From positions 32,001 through 96,000 of the forward strand of contig JAEOSU010000072.1 of the NCBI GenBank assembly GCA_016840165.1: a stretch of 64,000 nt of DNA, read 5' to 3'. Below are positions 1-8,695 of this stretch, piece by piece. The first letter of the stretch is position 1, and each line of letters starts with the position of its first letter. Origin of the DNA: Promethearchaeota archaeon (GTDB lineage: Archaea; Asgardarchaeota; Lokiarchaeia; Sigyniarchaeales; SOKP01). The translations under genes and the position numbers were made by a program. A model generated the notes under the pieces. It was not told the DNA's origin. It saw only the letters and a list, made by a program, of their open reading frames with translations, and did no database searches.

Positions 1-67
1 CAAATTCTTTAGTTTTTTTACGAGTAAGGTCAATTGAATCACTAATTTGTTTCTTTTTTCGTGCCAT
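1..67 (-). CDS. Partial CDS (N-terminus MARKKKQISDSIDLTRKKTKEF...), probably ribosomal protein L30e
   Basis: ATG at 67, open to the window edge. Identity inferred only from the conserved archaeal order rpoA1-rpoA2-L30e-nusA. Confidence 0.45.
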   Translation of the reverse strand, partial: MARKKKQISDSIDLTRKKTKEF

Positions 68-155
68 TATTGTTTACCGCAAGTTATCTTTTTAATATCA
101 ATAATAAAGTAATAAAATAAATTCACAATAATTTAAAATTTTAACGCTAAATATC

Positions 156-1349
156 CTATTTCTTACTTTTCAAGATTTCTAGATTCGCATCGAGATCAAA
201 CATTACTGAGACTCTCCCAGTCCCTATAGGAGTGACTTGTCCAATAATAACATTTTCGGGAATTCCCAATAAACGTTCTTCTTCACCATATAATCCCGCA
301 TCCAAGAGCTGATTAACAGTCACCTCAAAAGCGGCTCTAGCAAATACACTTGATTTAGAACCAGAAATACCATGCCTTCCAATCGATTGGATTGAACCAT
401 CGACACACATCAAATCTGATAAAATAAGCAGATGACGTAAATCAACATCTAAACCTTGTTGTTCTAGTACTTTTTGTGATTCTTTAATTATCATATTACG
501 AGCAGCCTCAATCCCGTATAGTTTTTCGATTTCATGAATGTGATTCGATACGGTTCTAGTGGTATCCACCCCTTCAATTTGCACTACACCTTGCATATTA
601 GTACCTTCTGTTTTAATAACCCATTCTTTACCGTCATCAGAAGGAGTTAATAAACCTCTTTTTACTCCCCGTATTCCCTTTACAACCTTTTTTAAGATCT
701 TTTCTCTTAATTTTTGCAGACTCTGAAGATCTTCGATTCCAGGATTAATAATAATTGAATTACCTTCGTGCTTAATTGTCCCTTTTTTCTTATAACGCTT
801 TAAAACTTCAGGGATCTCATCAATTTCTATACCTTTCTTTTCACAGATTTCAGGGATTAAATTAATTGACAATTGCCAATTAATAAAATCTAGATCAATA
901 TCATGAGTAATTTGCTCGATTCTAATCTGTTCAATACGATTGTGTACTTTAATTGCTGTATCTTCATTTTCTCGGTATCCCTCTTCCAAATAAATTTCCA
1001 TCTGAGGAGTGCTGGGAAATCTTCTGGCGTCTACTATTTCTATCAAGCGTGGGAGACCTTGAGTCACACTAAACTCTTCAACTCCCGCGTAGTGAAACGT
1101 TCTAAGAGTCATCTGTGTTCCTGGCTCACCTATCGATTGAGCAGCTACTGTGCCCACAGGCTCTGAAGTTTCAACAATAGCATTATTAAAATTAATATAG
1201 ATTTTATTGAGAAGATATTCCAATTGCTCTAATTCTAGTTTTTCATCTTTAATTCGTTCTTTGATTTTGTCAATTAAATCTTCAGGAATACCATCTTTAG
1301 ATAATTGTTCTAATTTTTCTTCTAATATTTTATTAGATACTTCAACCAT
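156..1349 (-). CDS. rpoA2: DNA-directed RNA polymerase subunit A'' (Rpo1C)
   Basis: Trigger-loop motif [22 protein letters not shown], plus GLPRL, RAAFE and ENVIIGQ..PIGTG. Confidence 0.98.
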   Translation of the reverse strand: MVEVSNKILEEKLEQLSKDGIPEDLIDKIKERIKDEKLELEQLEYLLNKIYINFNNAIVETSEPVGTVAAQSIGEPGTQMTLRTFHYAGVEEFSVTQGLPRLIEIVDARRFPSTPQMEIYLEEGYRENEDTAIKVHNRIEQIRIEQITHDIDLDFINWQLSINLIPEICEKKGIEIDEIPEVLKRYKKKGTIKHEGNSIIINPGIEDLQSLQKLREKILKKVVKGIRGVKRGLLTPSDDGKEWVIKTEGTNMQGVVQIEGVDTTRTVSNHIHEIEKLYGIEAARNMIIKESQKVLEQQGLDVDLRHLLILSDLMCVDGSIQSIGRHGISGSKSSVFARAAFEVTVNQLLDAGLYGEEERLLGIPENVIIGQVTPIGTGRVSVMFDLDANLEILKSKK

Positions 1350-1373
1350 TTACCATAACCTTATTTTTTATAA

Positions 1374-4313
1374 TTAATTTAACCTCTCTTCTTTCCATTC
1401 TATAAATGCTTTTGTCATTTTACCACGCCAAATTGCGTTTTTACCCGTTTCATCTTCGAAGATTTTCATTAATTCCTCTTCGGTAAGAGCTTTTGATTTA
1501 TCAATTTTTTTCTTTGTTTCTTTAACTTCTTTTTCCTTTTCTTCTTTTTCCTTTTCTTCTTTTTTCTCTTGCTTTTTTGGAGTTTTCTTTTTTGGTCTTT
1601 TTGCTGCTTCTTTTCTTACCTCTTCAATATCCAAAGATTTTGCTTTAAGTAAGAGTACATCAAGATTAACCGCATCAGAATGATCTGTGTGCATGGGATC
1701 GATTCCATCGTCGCCATAACTAAACTGGATAATGTTTTTATCGCTATTTCTAACCGTTCCATCGTTTTCAATTACCATATCCTGTAAAGCATTTACTAAT
1801 CTCCGTTGCATATATCCACTAGTTGAGGTTCGAACTGCTGTATCAACTAATCCTTCTCTGCCTCCCATTGCATGAAAAAAGAACTCTACAGGTTTTAAAC
1901 CATTTCTATAAGATGATTCGACAAATCCACGAGATTTTGGGGTGAGATCATTAATTTTAAAGTGAGGCAAGGTTCTCAAACTATATCCTCTATTTATCCT
2001 CTCTCCTCTAATTGCTTGTTGTCCTACTACTGCAGACATTTGTCCGAGATTTAAAATATTACCTCTCGCCCCTGATTTAGTCATAATCACAGAATGAGCC
2101 TCATCACCTATAAAATCAGCAGCAGATTCTTCTGCCTGTTTTCGTGCTTCAGCAAGAAGTTGCCGGATCCTCAATTCAAGTGTTTCCCGCATGGAGCGTC
2201 CAGGAGCTCTTTTTAAGACCTTTGTATCATTTTCGTTAAAAGCTTTGATCAATTTAGAAGATTCCTCATCTGCATCCTCGAGGATCTTTTTTATTTTTTC
2301 ATATGCCTTTCCATAGACATAAACCTCATCTAATCCCATAGTCATACCATTTTGACGGATAACATAAAGGAGCATTTTGGTGGCATTATCTAAAAATTGA
2401 CGTCCCCGAGCATTACCGTGATCCTTAATAATTCTCTGAAGGATACTATTTGATTGCATTGCACCGAATGAATTCTCATCGATAGTTCCTGTAATCAATA
2501 TTCCGTTCTTAATTAATACATAAGCATCGTATTCACAATCCTCTTCCGTGCATACTTCACATTTTTTACAGAATTTTGATTTCACTCGAATATTTAGATC
2601 ATCGGGAAATAATGTGCTAAAAATTTCTTTTCCAGAATACATTGGTTCAGGATCAGTCACCACTGGTGTGAGCTTGTCTAAAGTAAAATCAGGATTCATA
2701 TCAAAGACTCCTCCCATAAATAGAAGATTAAGAGTGTCTTTGATATTATATAAAGATTCTTTACTAGTAAATTGAAATACTGAGGAAATAAAATCTTGAA
2801 TTCCACCTAAAATAGGGCCACCAAATCGAGGAGATAAAATATGTTCTTGTACCTTTAGAAGTAATTCCGCTTCCGTACGTGCCTCCTCACTTTGAGGGAC
2901 ATGAAGATTCATCTCATCTCCGTCAAAATCAGCATTATAGGGAGGACATACAGTTAAATTCAAGCGAAATGTTCTTCCATCCATAATTTTTACCTCATGA
3001 GCCATTATAGACATACGATGAAGGGAGGGTTGTCGATTAAATAATACCAAATCTCCATTACTTAGATGTCGTTCCACAGTAAATCCTGGAGCTAGCATTT
3101 CCGCAATCATTTTTCTATTTTTTACATAACGAAGGTCAATTCGCCTACGATCATTTCGAATAATATAGTTGGCTCCAGGATGATGATTAGGCCCATTTAA
3201 TACCATTTGTTTCATTTCTTCAATATTCCAGTCATTAACATTTGTAGGTATTGTAAGTATTTTAGCGATTTCGATAGGAACACCTACTTCATTAATACTG
3301 ATATAAGGATTAGGTGAAATAACGCTTCGAGCGGAAAAATCAACTCGTTTTCCACTTAAATTGCTTCGAAATCGTCCTTCTTTACCCTTTAACCTTTGAG
3401 TAAGGGTACGCAAGGCTCTTCCAGAGCGATGTCTCGCTGGAGGGATTCCAGAAACTTGATTATCAAAATAGGTGGTAATATGATACTGTAATAACTCCCA
3501 TAAATCCTCAACTATTAAGTGAGGCGCTCCAGCATCAATATTTTCTCTTAGTCGCTGGTTAATACGGATAACATCCACTAATTTATGAGTTAGATCATCT
3601 TCTGAGCGGATACCACTGTCTAATGTGATTGAAGGTCGGGCGCACACCGGAGGAATTGGCAAGACAGTAAAAATAACCCATTCAAGTCGAGCATTTTCAG
3701 GGGAAATCCCTAAAATACGTAAATCATTATCGTTCATTTTCTTTAACCGTTCGAGAATTTCGATTGGTGTAATTCTCCGGGATCCTTTATTTTCTTCTTC
3801 TTCATAAAAGGTAGTAGGTTTTTCTATAATGATTTTTTTCTTTTTCGCTCCACAATAGGGACACACTTTACTCTTTCGCGCTCTCTTAAAAACAAGTTTG
3901 GAGGCATCCTCATCACCCTCAAAAAAGAGTTTTCGATGCTTAACTTGTTCTTTTCTAAACTTTTCTTTCTCTTCTTCAGTAAGCATCAAGTGAGAACATT
4001 CAGGACAGATTGATCGCAATACTTTTAAAACTTTCTTAGCATATCCTACGTGAATGACGGGTCTAGCTAGTTCAATATGCCCAAAATGACCCATACAATT
4101 ACTCACGAGATTACCACATGTCTGACATCTCTGCCCTGGTTCAATTGTACCCAAGCGTTGATCCATCAATCCTGAAGGAATTGGCAAACCATCCTCATCA
4201 TAGGTGTCAGCAGTTATGATACGGGCAGCACTCATCTTCCGAATCTCGTCAGGAGATAATAAGCCAAACTTGATCTTTTCAATCATCTTAGTACGACTGA
4301 ACGTATAACTCAT
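1374..4313 (-). CDS. rpoA1: DNA-directed RNA polymerase subunit A' (Rpo1N) with C-terminal extension
   Basis: Catalytic NADFDGDEMN, Zn-binding CxxC...GHFGH, GKRVDFSAR, GGREGLVDTAVRTSTSGY. GGAGG RBS upstream. Confidence 0.99.
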   Translation of the reverse strand: MSYTFSRTKMIEKIKFGLLSPDEIRKMSAARIITADTYDEDGLPIPSGLMDQRLGTIEPGQRCQTCGNLVSNCMGHFGHIELARPVIHVGYAKKVLKVLRSICPECSHLMLTEEEKEKFRKEQVKHRKLFFEGDEDASKLVFKRARKSKVCPYCGAKKKKIIIEKPTTFYEEEENKGSRRITPIEILERLKKMNDNDLRILGISPENARLEWVIFTVLPIPPVCARPSITLDSGIRSEDDLTHKLVDVIRINQRLRENIDAGAPHLIVEDLWELLQYHITTYFDNQVSGIPPARHRSGRALRTLTQRLKGKEGRFRSNLSGKRVDFSARSVISPNPYISINEVGVPIEIAKILTIPTNVNDWNIEEMKQMVLNGPNHHPGANYIIRNDRRRIDLRYVKNRKMIAEMLAPGFTVERHLSNGDLVLFNRQPSLHRMSIMAHEVKIMDGRTFRLNLTVCPPYNADFDGDEMNLHVPQSEEARTEAELLLKVQEHILSPRFGGPILGGIQDFISSVFQFTSKESLYNIKDTLNLLFMGGVFDMNPDFTLDKLTPVVTDPEPMYSGKEIFSTLFPDDLNIRVKSKFCKKCEVCTEEDCEYDAYVLIKNGILITGTIDENSFGAMQSNSILQRIIKDHGNARGRQFLDNATKMLLYVIRQNGMTMGLDEVYVYGKAYEKIKKILEDADEESSKLIKAFNENDTKVLKRAPGRSMRETLELRIRQLLAEARKQAEESAADFIGDEAHSVIMTKSGARGNILNLGQMSAVVGQQAIRGERINRGYSLRTLPHFKINDLTPKSRGFVESSYRNGLKPVEFFFHAMGGREGLVDTAVRTSTSGYMQRRLVNALQDMVIENDGTVRNSDKNIIQFSYGDDGIDPMHTDHSDAVNLDVLLLKAKSLDIEEVRKEAAKRPKKKTPKKQEKKEEKEKEEKEKEVKETKKKIDKSKALTEEELMKIFEDETGKNAIWRGKMTKAFIEWKEERLN

Positions 4314-4567
4314 AATGTCATTTCCTCCGTTTTAATACAAACAAGAATTAATATTATATTAGAATTATTAGAGTTCATAAAACTAAAACATCCTTTGTTT
4401 TGAGTTTAAAATTAGGTAACCATAAAGAAATAGTTAATCGGTTAAACACTGTAAGTTATTAAAGTATGCAAATATTAAAAATTTTACGGAATAGCCCTTA
4501 TTTTTGACATATCTTATTAGTTTATATTTAAAAGAATTTTTTACATTATGAAATTTATAATTATATA

Positions 4568-5161
4568 ATGAGAATTCTTAAAATATTTAGAAGTAGGATT
4601 GTTCTTTTTATAATTCAATTCGCTATTTTGAGCTTATTTCTAATTATTTTCGAATATTCTTTCACTATTTTATTTGATAGTTCTGTATCAGAAGAGAGGA
4701 AAGTAATAATCCAAATCCTCGCAAATTATATTATGTTTGAAGGTGCTAATGATACAATTTTTATATATTGTTTGTGGTTAATAGTAGCAACAATCCCGAT
4801 CATCCTTTATCGAAAAGCAAAAAAAGTGTACTCAATGAATTTACTTTCATTCATTCTCCCTAATTTCTTTTTCTATGTTTTTCTTTCCAGATACTCTCCG
4901 CTTTATTTCAATGAGAATTTTGGGCAATTATCTATCAAAACAGTCATATTAGGTGCTATTCTTATTGTTTATTCCATTGGGTCTTCTTTAATCATAAATC
5001 ATGTTTGGAAAATAATCAAAAAGGAAAAACCTACCCAACTATTAGATATTAATAAAAAAGTAGTCTCTGAGTGTCCACAATGTGGGACAAAGTTTGACTC
5101 AAAGCCTTTATATTGTTATAATTGTAATGCTAAACTAATAGATGAGAAGCATGATAAATGA
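4568..5161 (+). CDS. Multi-pass membrane protein with C-terminal zinc ribbon
   Basis: About 4 hydrophobic segments and CPQCG...CYNC. ATGA overlap with the next gene. Confidence 0.75.
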   Translation: MRILKIFRSRIVLFIIQFAILSLFLIIFEYSFTILFDSSVSEERKVIIQILANYIMFEGANDTIFIYCLWLIVATIPIILYRKAKKVYSMNLLSFILPNFFFYVFLSRYSPLYFNENFGQLSIKTVILGAILIVYSIGSSLIINHVWKIIKKEKPTQLLDINKKVVSECPQCGTKFDSKPLYCYNCNAKLIDEKHDK

Positions 5162-6138
5162 TAGGAGAACTAATTGCCATTTTTGCGGTGTTGACCTTTG
5201 TTGTATCAAATGTATTATTTCGAAAAACAGAACATGAGGCAAGCCCAATCTTTATCAACTTTTTCCGAACGACTATTGGCACAATCACCTTTATTATTTT
5301 TGCATTTTTACTTAACGTTCTGGACAAAATTTTTTTACTCCCATTCGATCTATGGATAATATTATTCATCAGTTTTCTCTTCGGACAAGTATTTGGAGAC
5401 ACTGCATACTTTAACGCACAAAAAGATATGGGTACAACTTTGGCCCTAGGAGTATCAATGACCTTTCCCTTATTTACATTTATTTTATCGATAATTTTCC
5501 TCAATAAAGAATTTGAAATTTCCTTATTATTTTCATTAATTTTCATTAGTATTGGAGTAATTGTAATCGGAAAAAGTAAATCCACCATTAAAATCACTGT
5601 AAATCCGAGTTTCGAACCAATTGAGCAGGTGAAACCGAACACATTTAAAGAAAAATTCCAATTCAGATCCTTCCGAGCTCTTATTTTTGGGTTGATTGCT
5701 TCATTAAGTTGGGCAATTGGATTAATCATTATTGAATATGCAACACACCAAATTGATTTATTTTTACCCTTACAAGAAGGTTTAAGTTCGATTTTAGGAA
5801 ATGTCATTCGATTCCCATTTGCTACGGCGATTCTCACTATTATGGTTGGAAAAGAGAATTATTCAATGAAGAAAAACGCTGATAAATCTCCCTTCAGAAA
5901 ATCAGTAACAACCTGGGGTTATTTAATTATCGCTGCTTTAATTGGAACATCATTAGGCGCTTATGTGTATACTGAGGCCGCTCGTGTTGCTGGGTCTACA
6001 GTAATGTCTCTTATTGCTAGTGCCAGTCCTTTATTTTCTCTTCCTTTAACCTATCTAATTAATAAAGAAAAAATTACCAAAATAGGATTTATCGGGGTAA
6101 TATTGACAATTATTGGAGTAATAATTATCCTTATCTGA
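5158..6138 (+). CDS. DMT/EamA family transporter
   Basis: Two repeats of about 5 TM segments with motifs such as SPLFSLPLTYLINKEKI and GVILTIIGVII. Confidence 0.88.
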   Translation: MIGELIAIFAVLTFVVSNVLFRKTEHEASPIFINFFRTTIGTITFIIFAFLLNVLDKIFLLPFDLWIILFISFLFGQVFGDTAYFNAQKDMGTTLALGVSMTFPLFTFILSIIFLNKEFEISLLFSLIFISIGVIVIGKSKSTIKITVNPSFEPIEQVKPNTFKEKFQFRSFRALIFGLIASLSWAIGLIIIEYATHQIDLFLPLQEGLSSILGNVIRFPFATAILTIMVGKENYSMKKNADKSPFRKSVTTWGYLIIAALIGTSLGAYVYTEAARVAGSTVMSLIASASPLFSLPLTYLINKEKITKIGFIGVILTIIGVIIILI

Positions 6139-6165
6139 GTTTTTCTTTTCATTTAAAGTCTAAAA

Positions 6166-6762
6166 TTAGAGAAGTTTATCGTAATCGAAATTATTTTCAT
6201 CAAGGATTGTTTTCGTTAGGTCTAAGAAGATTTCACGAATATTATAATTCTCTTTGGATGAAGTCTTGTAATAAGGAATTGTTCCTTGCTTTTTTCGGAA
6301 ATTCTCAACGACTAACTCGTTTAATTTTTTTTCTTTCTCTTTTACAAGATCGTATTTGCAGCCCACTAAAATCCTTGGTGTTGAATCATGTTTAAGTTTT
6401 TGAAGGTGCTCATTCCACCAATCCAATCCAAGTAAAGTATTATTGAGATTGTATAGACTAAAAACGAGGAAAATTCCATTAGCACCATTAATATAATAGC
6501 TAAACATTTTTTTAAATTGTTCTTGGCCCCCAAAATCCCAGATACTAAGGCGCAAGAATGATTCTTCCCCTTTTATAATGATAGGGACATCATAAGTATA
6601 GAAATCTATTCCAATAGTTAATCTCGTATTTGCATCGAAAGTATCAAAACACAATCTTCGAGCAATACAGGTTTTACCTACACCACCATTACCAATTAAA
6701 CAAATTTTAAAGATATAGGCTGGTTTTTTCTCTTGCTCAAGATTTTGGTCATCGATAGTCAT
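6166..6762 (-). CDS. Rab-like small GTPase
   Basis: G1 GNGGVGKT, G2 TIGIDF, G3 WDFGGQ, G4 GCKYD, G5 TSSK. Confidence 0.95.
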   Translation of the reverse strand: MTIDDQNLEQEKKPAYIFKICLIGNGGVGKTCIARRLCFDTFDANTRLTIGIDFYTYDVPIIIKGEESFLRLSIWDFGGQEQFKKMFSYYINGANGIFLVFSLYNLNNTLLGLDWWNEHLQKLKHDSTPRILVGCKYDLVKEKEKKLNELVVENFRKKQGTIPYYKTSSKENYNIREIFLDLTKTILDENNFDYDKLL

Positions 6763-7193
6763 TGTATTTTAACAACTCAACTGATTAATAAAATTAGCAT
6801 TTTCTTTCATTTTAATTTTTTGTGTCTTATAAAATTGAGTTTACCGATCTATTAATCGTATTATTTTACATATTAAATCTATCATTTAAATTCTTAGAAT
6901 TTTATGGAATCATTGAAATATCAACTTAACACTCTTAGATAATCATAAGGCCTCATGTTTTTTCAGAAAAGTTTATTATTTCTTTGTAAAGTAACTCACA
7001 ATTGGGAATCTTTTTGTAAGCATACCTGTTTATCATATAACGTTAAGAATACTTACCAAATATCTTCATATTAACTAGATTCTAAAGGTAAACATTGTTA
7101 TCTGGGTTCACTTATTGAATATTTTCATGGGTTAGATTTCAGAAGTAATAAAAAAAAAAATTTTCTACTTGAATTTTTTTTGTCGACTTGATT

Positions 7194-7243
7194 TGGATAA
7201 TTTTATCCATCCGATACCCATCATCAACCAACACATTTATATA
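7194..7243 (+). promoter_or_regulatory. Candidate histone promoter: palindrome TGGATAA-N2-TTATCCA and TATA box TTTATATA (7236-7243)
   Basis: Motifs read directly from the sequence. GGAGG RBS near 7326. Confidence 0.4.
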
Positions 7244-7337
7244 GAAGTAATACTAATTAAAAAGTAAATACATCAAAATTTTTAACTAAAAATTTAAGGT
7301 ATTTAATAACTAATAAAAAAATTGTGGAGGAATAAAA

Positions 7338-7544
7338 ATGGCAGCATTTGCATGGAGTCCTTTACGGGCTTTAATGAAAAAAGCCGGAGCTGAAATAGTA
7401 AGTCGAGCCGCAGTCGACAAATTAATGGATTATTTAGAAGAATATGCAAAAGAGTTGACTGGCGCCGCTTTAGATATTGCTAAACACTCAGGCAGAAAGA
7501 AAGTTACTCAACAAGATATGAAAATCGCTATTAATATGATTTAA
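7338..7544 (+). CDS. Archaeal histone (HMf-type, tail-less)
   Basis: 68-aa histone fold: KKAGAEIVS, AKHSGRKKV...D. Strong RBS and downstream T-tract. Confidence 0.95.
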   Translation: MAAFAWSPLRALMKKAGAEIVSRAAVDKLMDYLEEYAKELTGAALDIAKHSGRKKVTQQDMKIAINMI

Positions 7545-7574
7545 AATAGCAGTTTCGATTAAATAGTTTAAACC

Positions 7575-7594
7575 TTTTCTTTTTTTTTTATTTT
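7575..7594 (+). terminator. Oligo-T terminator after histone gene
   Basis: Long T-tract about 30 nt after the stop codon, typical of archaeal termination. Confidence 0.5.
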
Positions 7595-7632
7595 ACTTGT
7601 TAATAAACATGAATAATTTGGAGTTTGTCAGA

Positions 7633-8454
7633 TCATTTTTTTGTTCTTCGTTTATTTGACTGATAGAAAAATAAAATTGCGAGCAGATTAGTTGTTAAAT
7701 GTAATATCCAAGGATATAATAACCCTAGCTGAATTAAAGCTAAAGAATAAATTATCGAGGAGAAAAAGGTGGAGAGAAAATGAAGCCAGTTTTTTGAGGA
7801 TGTATAGTGGCTGAATCCAAATATAAATGAAATAAAGAAAATAACCAAAATGATATTCCAATTAACAAAAAGAGTAATCAATAAACTTCTAAATACGAAC
7901 TCTTCAATGAAAGCTCCTAAAGATAGTAAAAGAATTAACAGTATCCACTTCTTAGCACTAGAATTGTGTAGAAAGTATTCAAAATATTCATCAATTTCCT
8001 TATTTTTAAACCTACTGATAATTCTTTCATTAAAGAGTTTTATGGGTAAAACCTTTAGAATTGTTAGAACTAAGTAAATTAGAAATAAAAATAAATTATG
8101 ATTATGAGTTATTCCAATCAAGCTATGATAAGAAATGAAAACAGGAGGATTATAGGGTTCATAGAAAAAGAGAATCTCTATTAGAAAAAAAAATGGAATA
8201 AGCATTAAAAGAATATGAAACAATTTGATTGAAAGCTTATTTGTTATTTTAATATTAAAAATGAATGAAAAGAGGATTAAAAGAGCAATAAAGCAGCTCA
8301 TTAATATTAAAATGGGTGAATTATCATATGTAGAATAAAAGAACCATAATAGGATTATGAAAAAAAAGATTGAATTATAAATTATACTTTTAATGATTTT
8401 ATTTTCTATTCTATTTTTACTAATCATCATAGGAATATAATATGAATTATTCAT
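7633..8454 (-). CDS. CPBP (Abi/Rce1-like) intramembrane glutamic endopeptidase
   Basis: EEFVFR, FGFSH and HLTTN motifs intact. Confidence 0.9.
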   Translation of the reverse strand: MNNSYYIPMMISKNRIENKIIKSIIYNSIFFFIILLWFFYSTYDNSPILILMSCFIALLILFSFIFNIKITNKLSIKLFHILLMLIPFFFLIEILFFYEPYNPPVFISYHSLIGITHNHNLFLFLIYLVLTILKVLPIKLFNERIISRFKNKEIDEYFEYFLHNSSAKKWILLILLLSLGAFIEEFVFRSLLITLFVNWNIILVIFFISFIFGFSHYTSSKNWLHFLSTFFSSIIYSLALIQLGLLYPWILHLTTNLLAILFFYQSNKRRTKK

Positions 8455-8655
8455 GTATCTTTAGATATTTTTTGGTTAAAAGATGTGTTTTCAATATCAT
8501 ATTGAATTTTAAATATATAGAAATATGGAATTATATAAGATGCGAGTAAAAAGAAGTGAAAATGATTTGGAGGAGCTCAATAGACGCTTGAAAGAATGAG
8601 TTGAGTTATTTATTGTAATTTTCCTTCTTTTATTTTTTACTTCCAATTTTTAACA

Positions 8656-8669
8656 ATGGAAATTTCCAT
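8656..8669. promoter_or_regulatory. Perfect 14-bp palindrome ATGGAAATTTCCAT, candidate operator of the GH127 gene
   Basis: Self-complementary sequence about 30 bp upstream of the GH127 start. Confidence 0.4.
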
Positions 8670-8695
8670 AAATAAAAAATCAATAATTAATTTTA

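Noticed and set aside
6763-7337. Replication origin in the long AT-rich gap (TTATCCA resembles a DnaA box)
   Set aside because: No ORB repeats, no adjacent orc1/cdc6, an incomplete DnaA-box match, and the host is archaeal.
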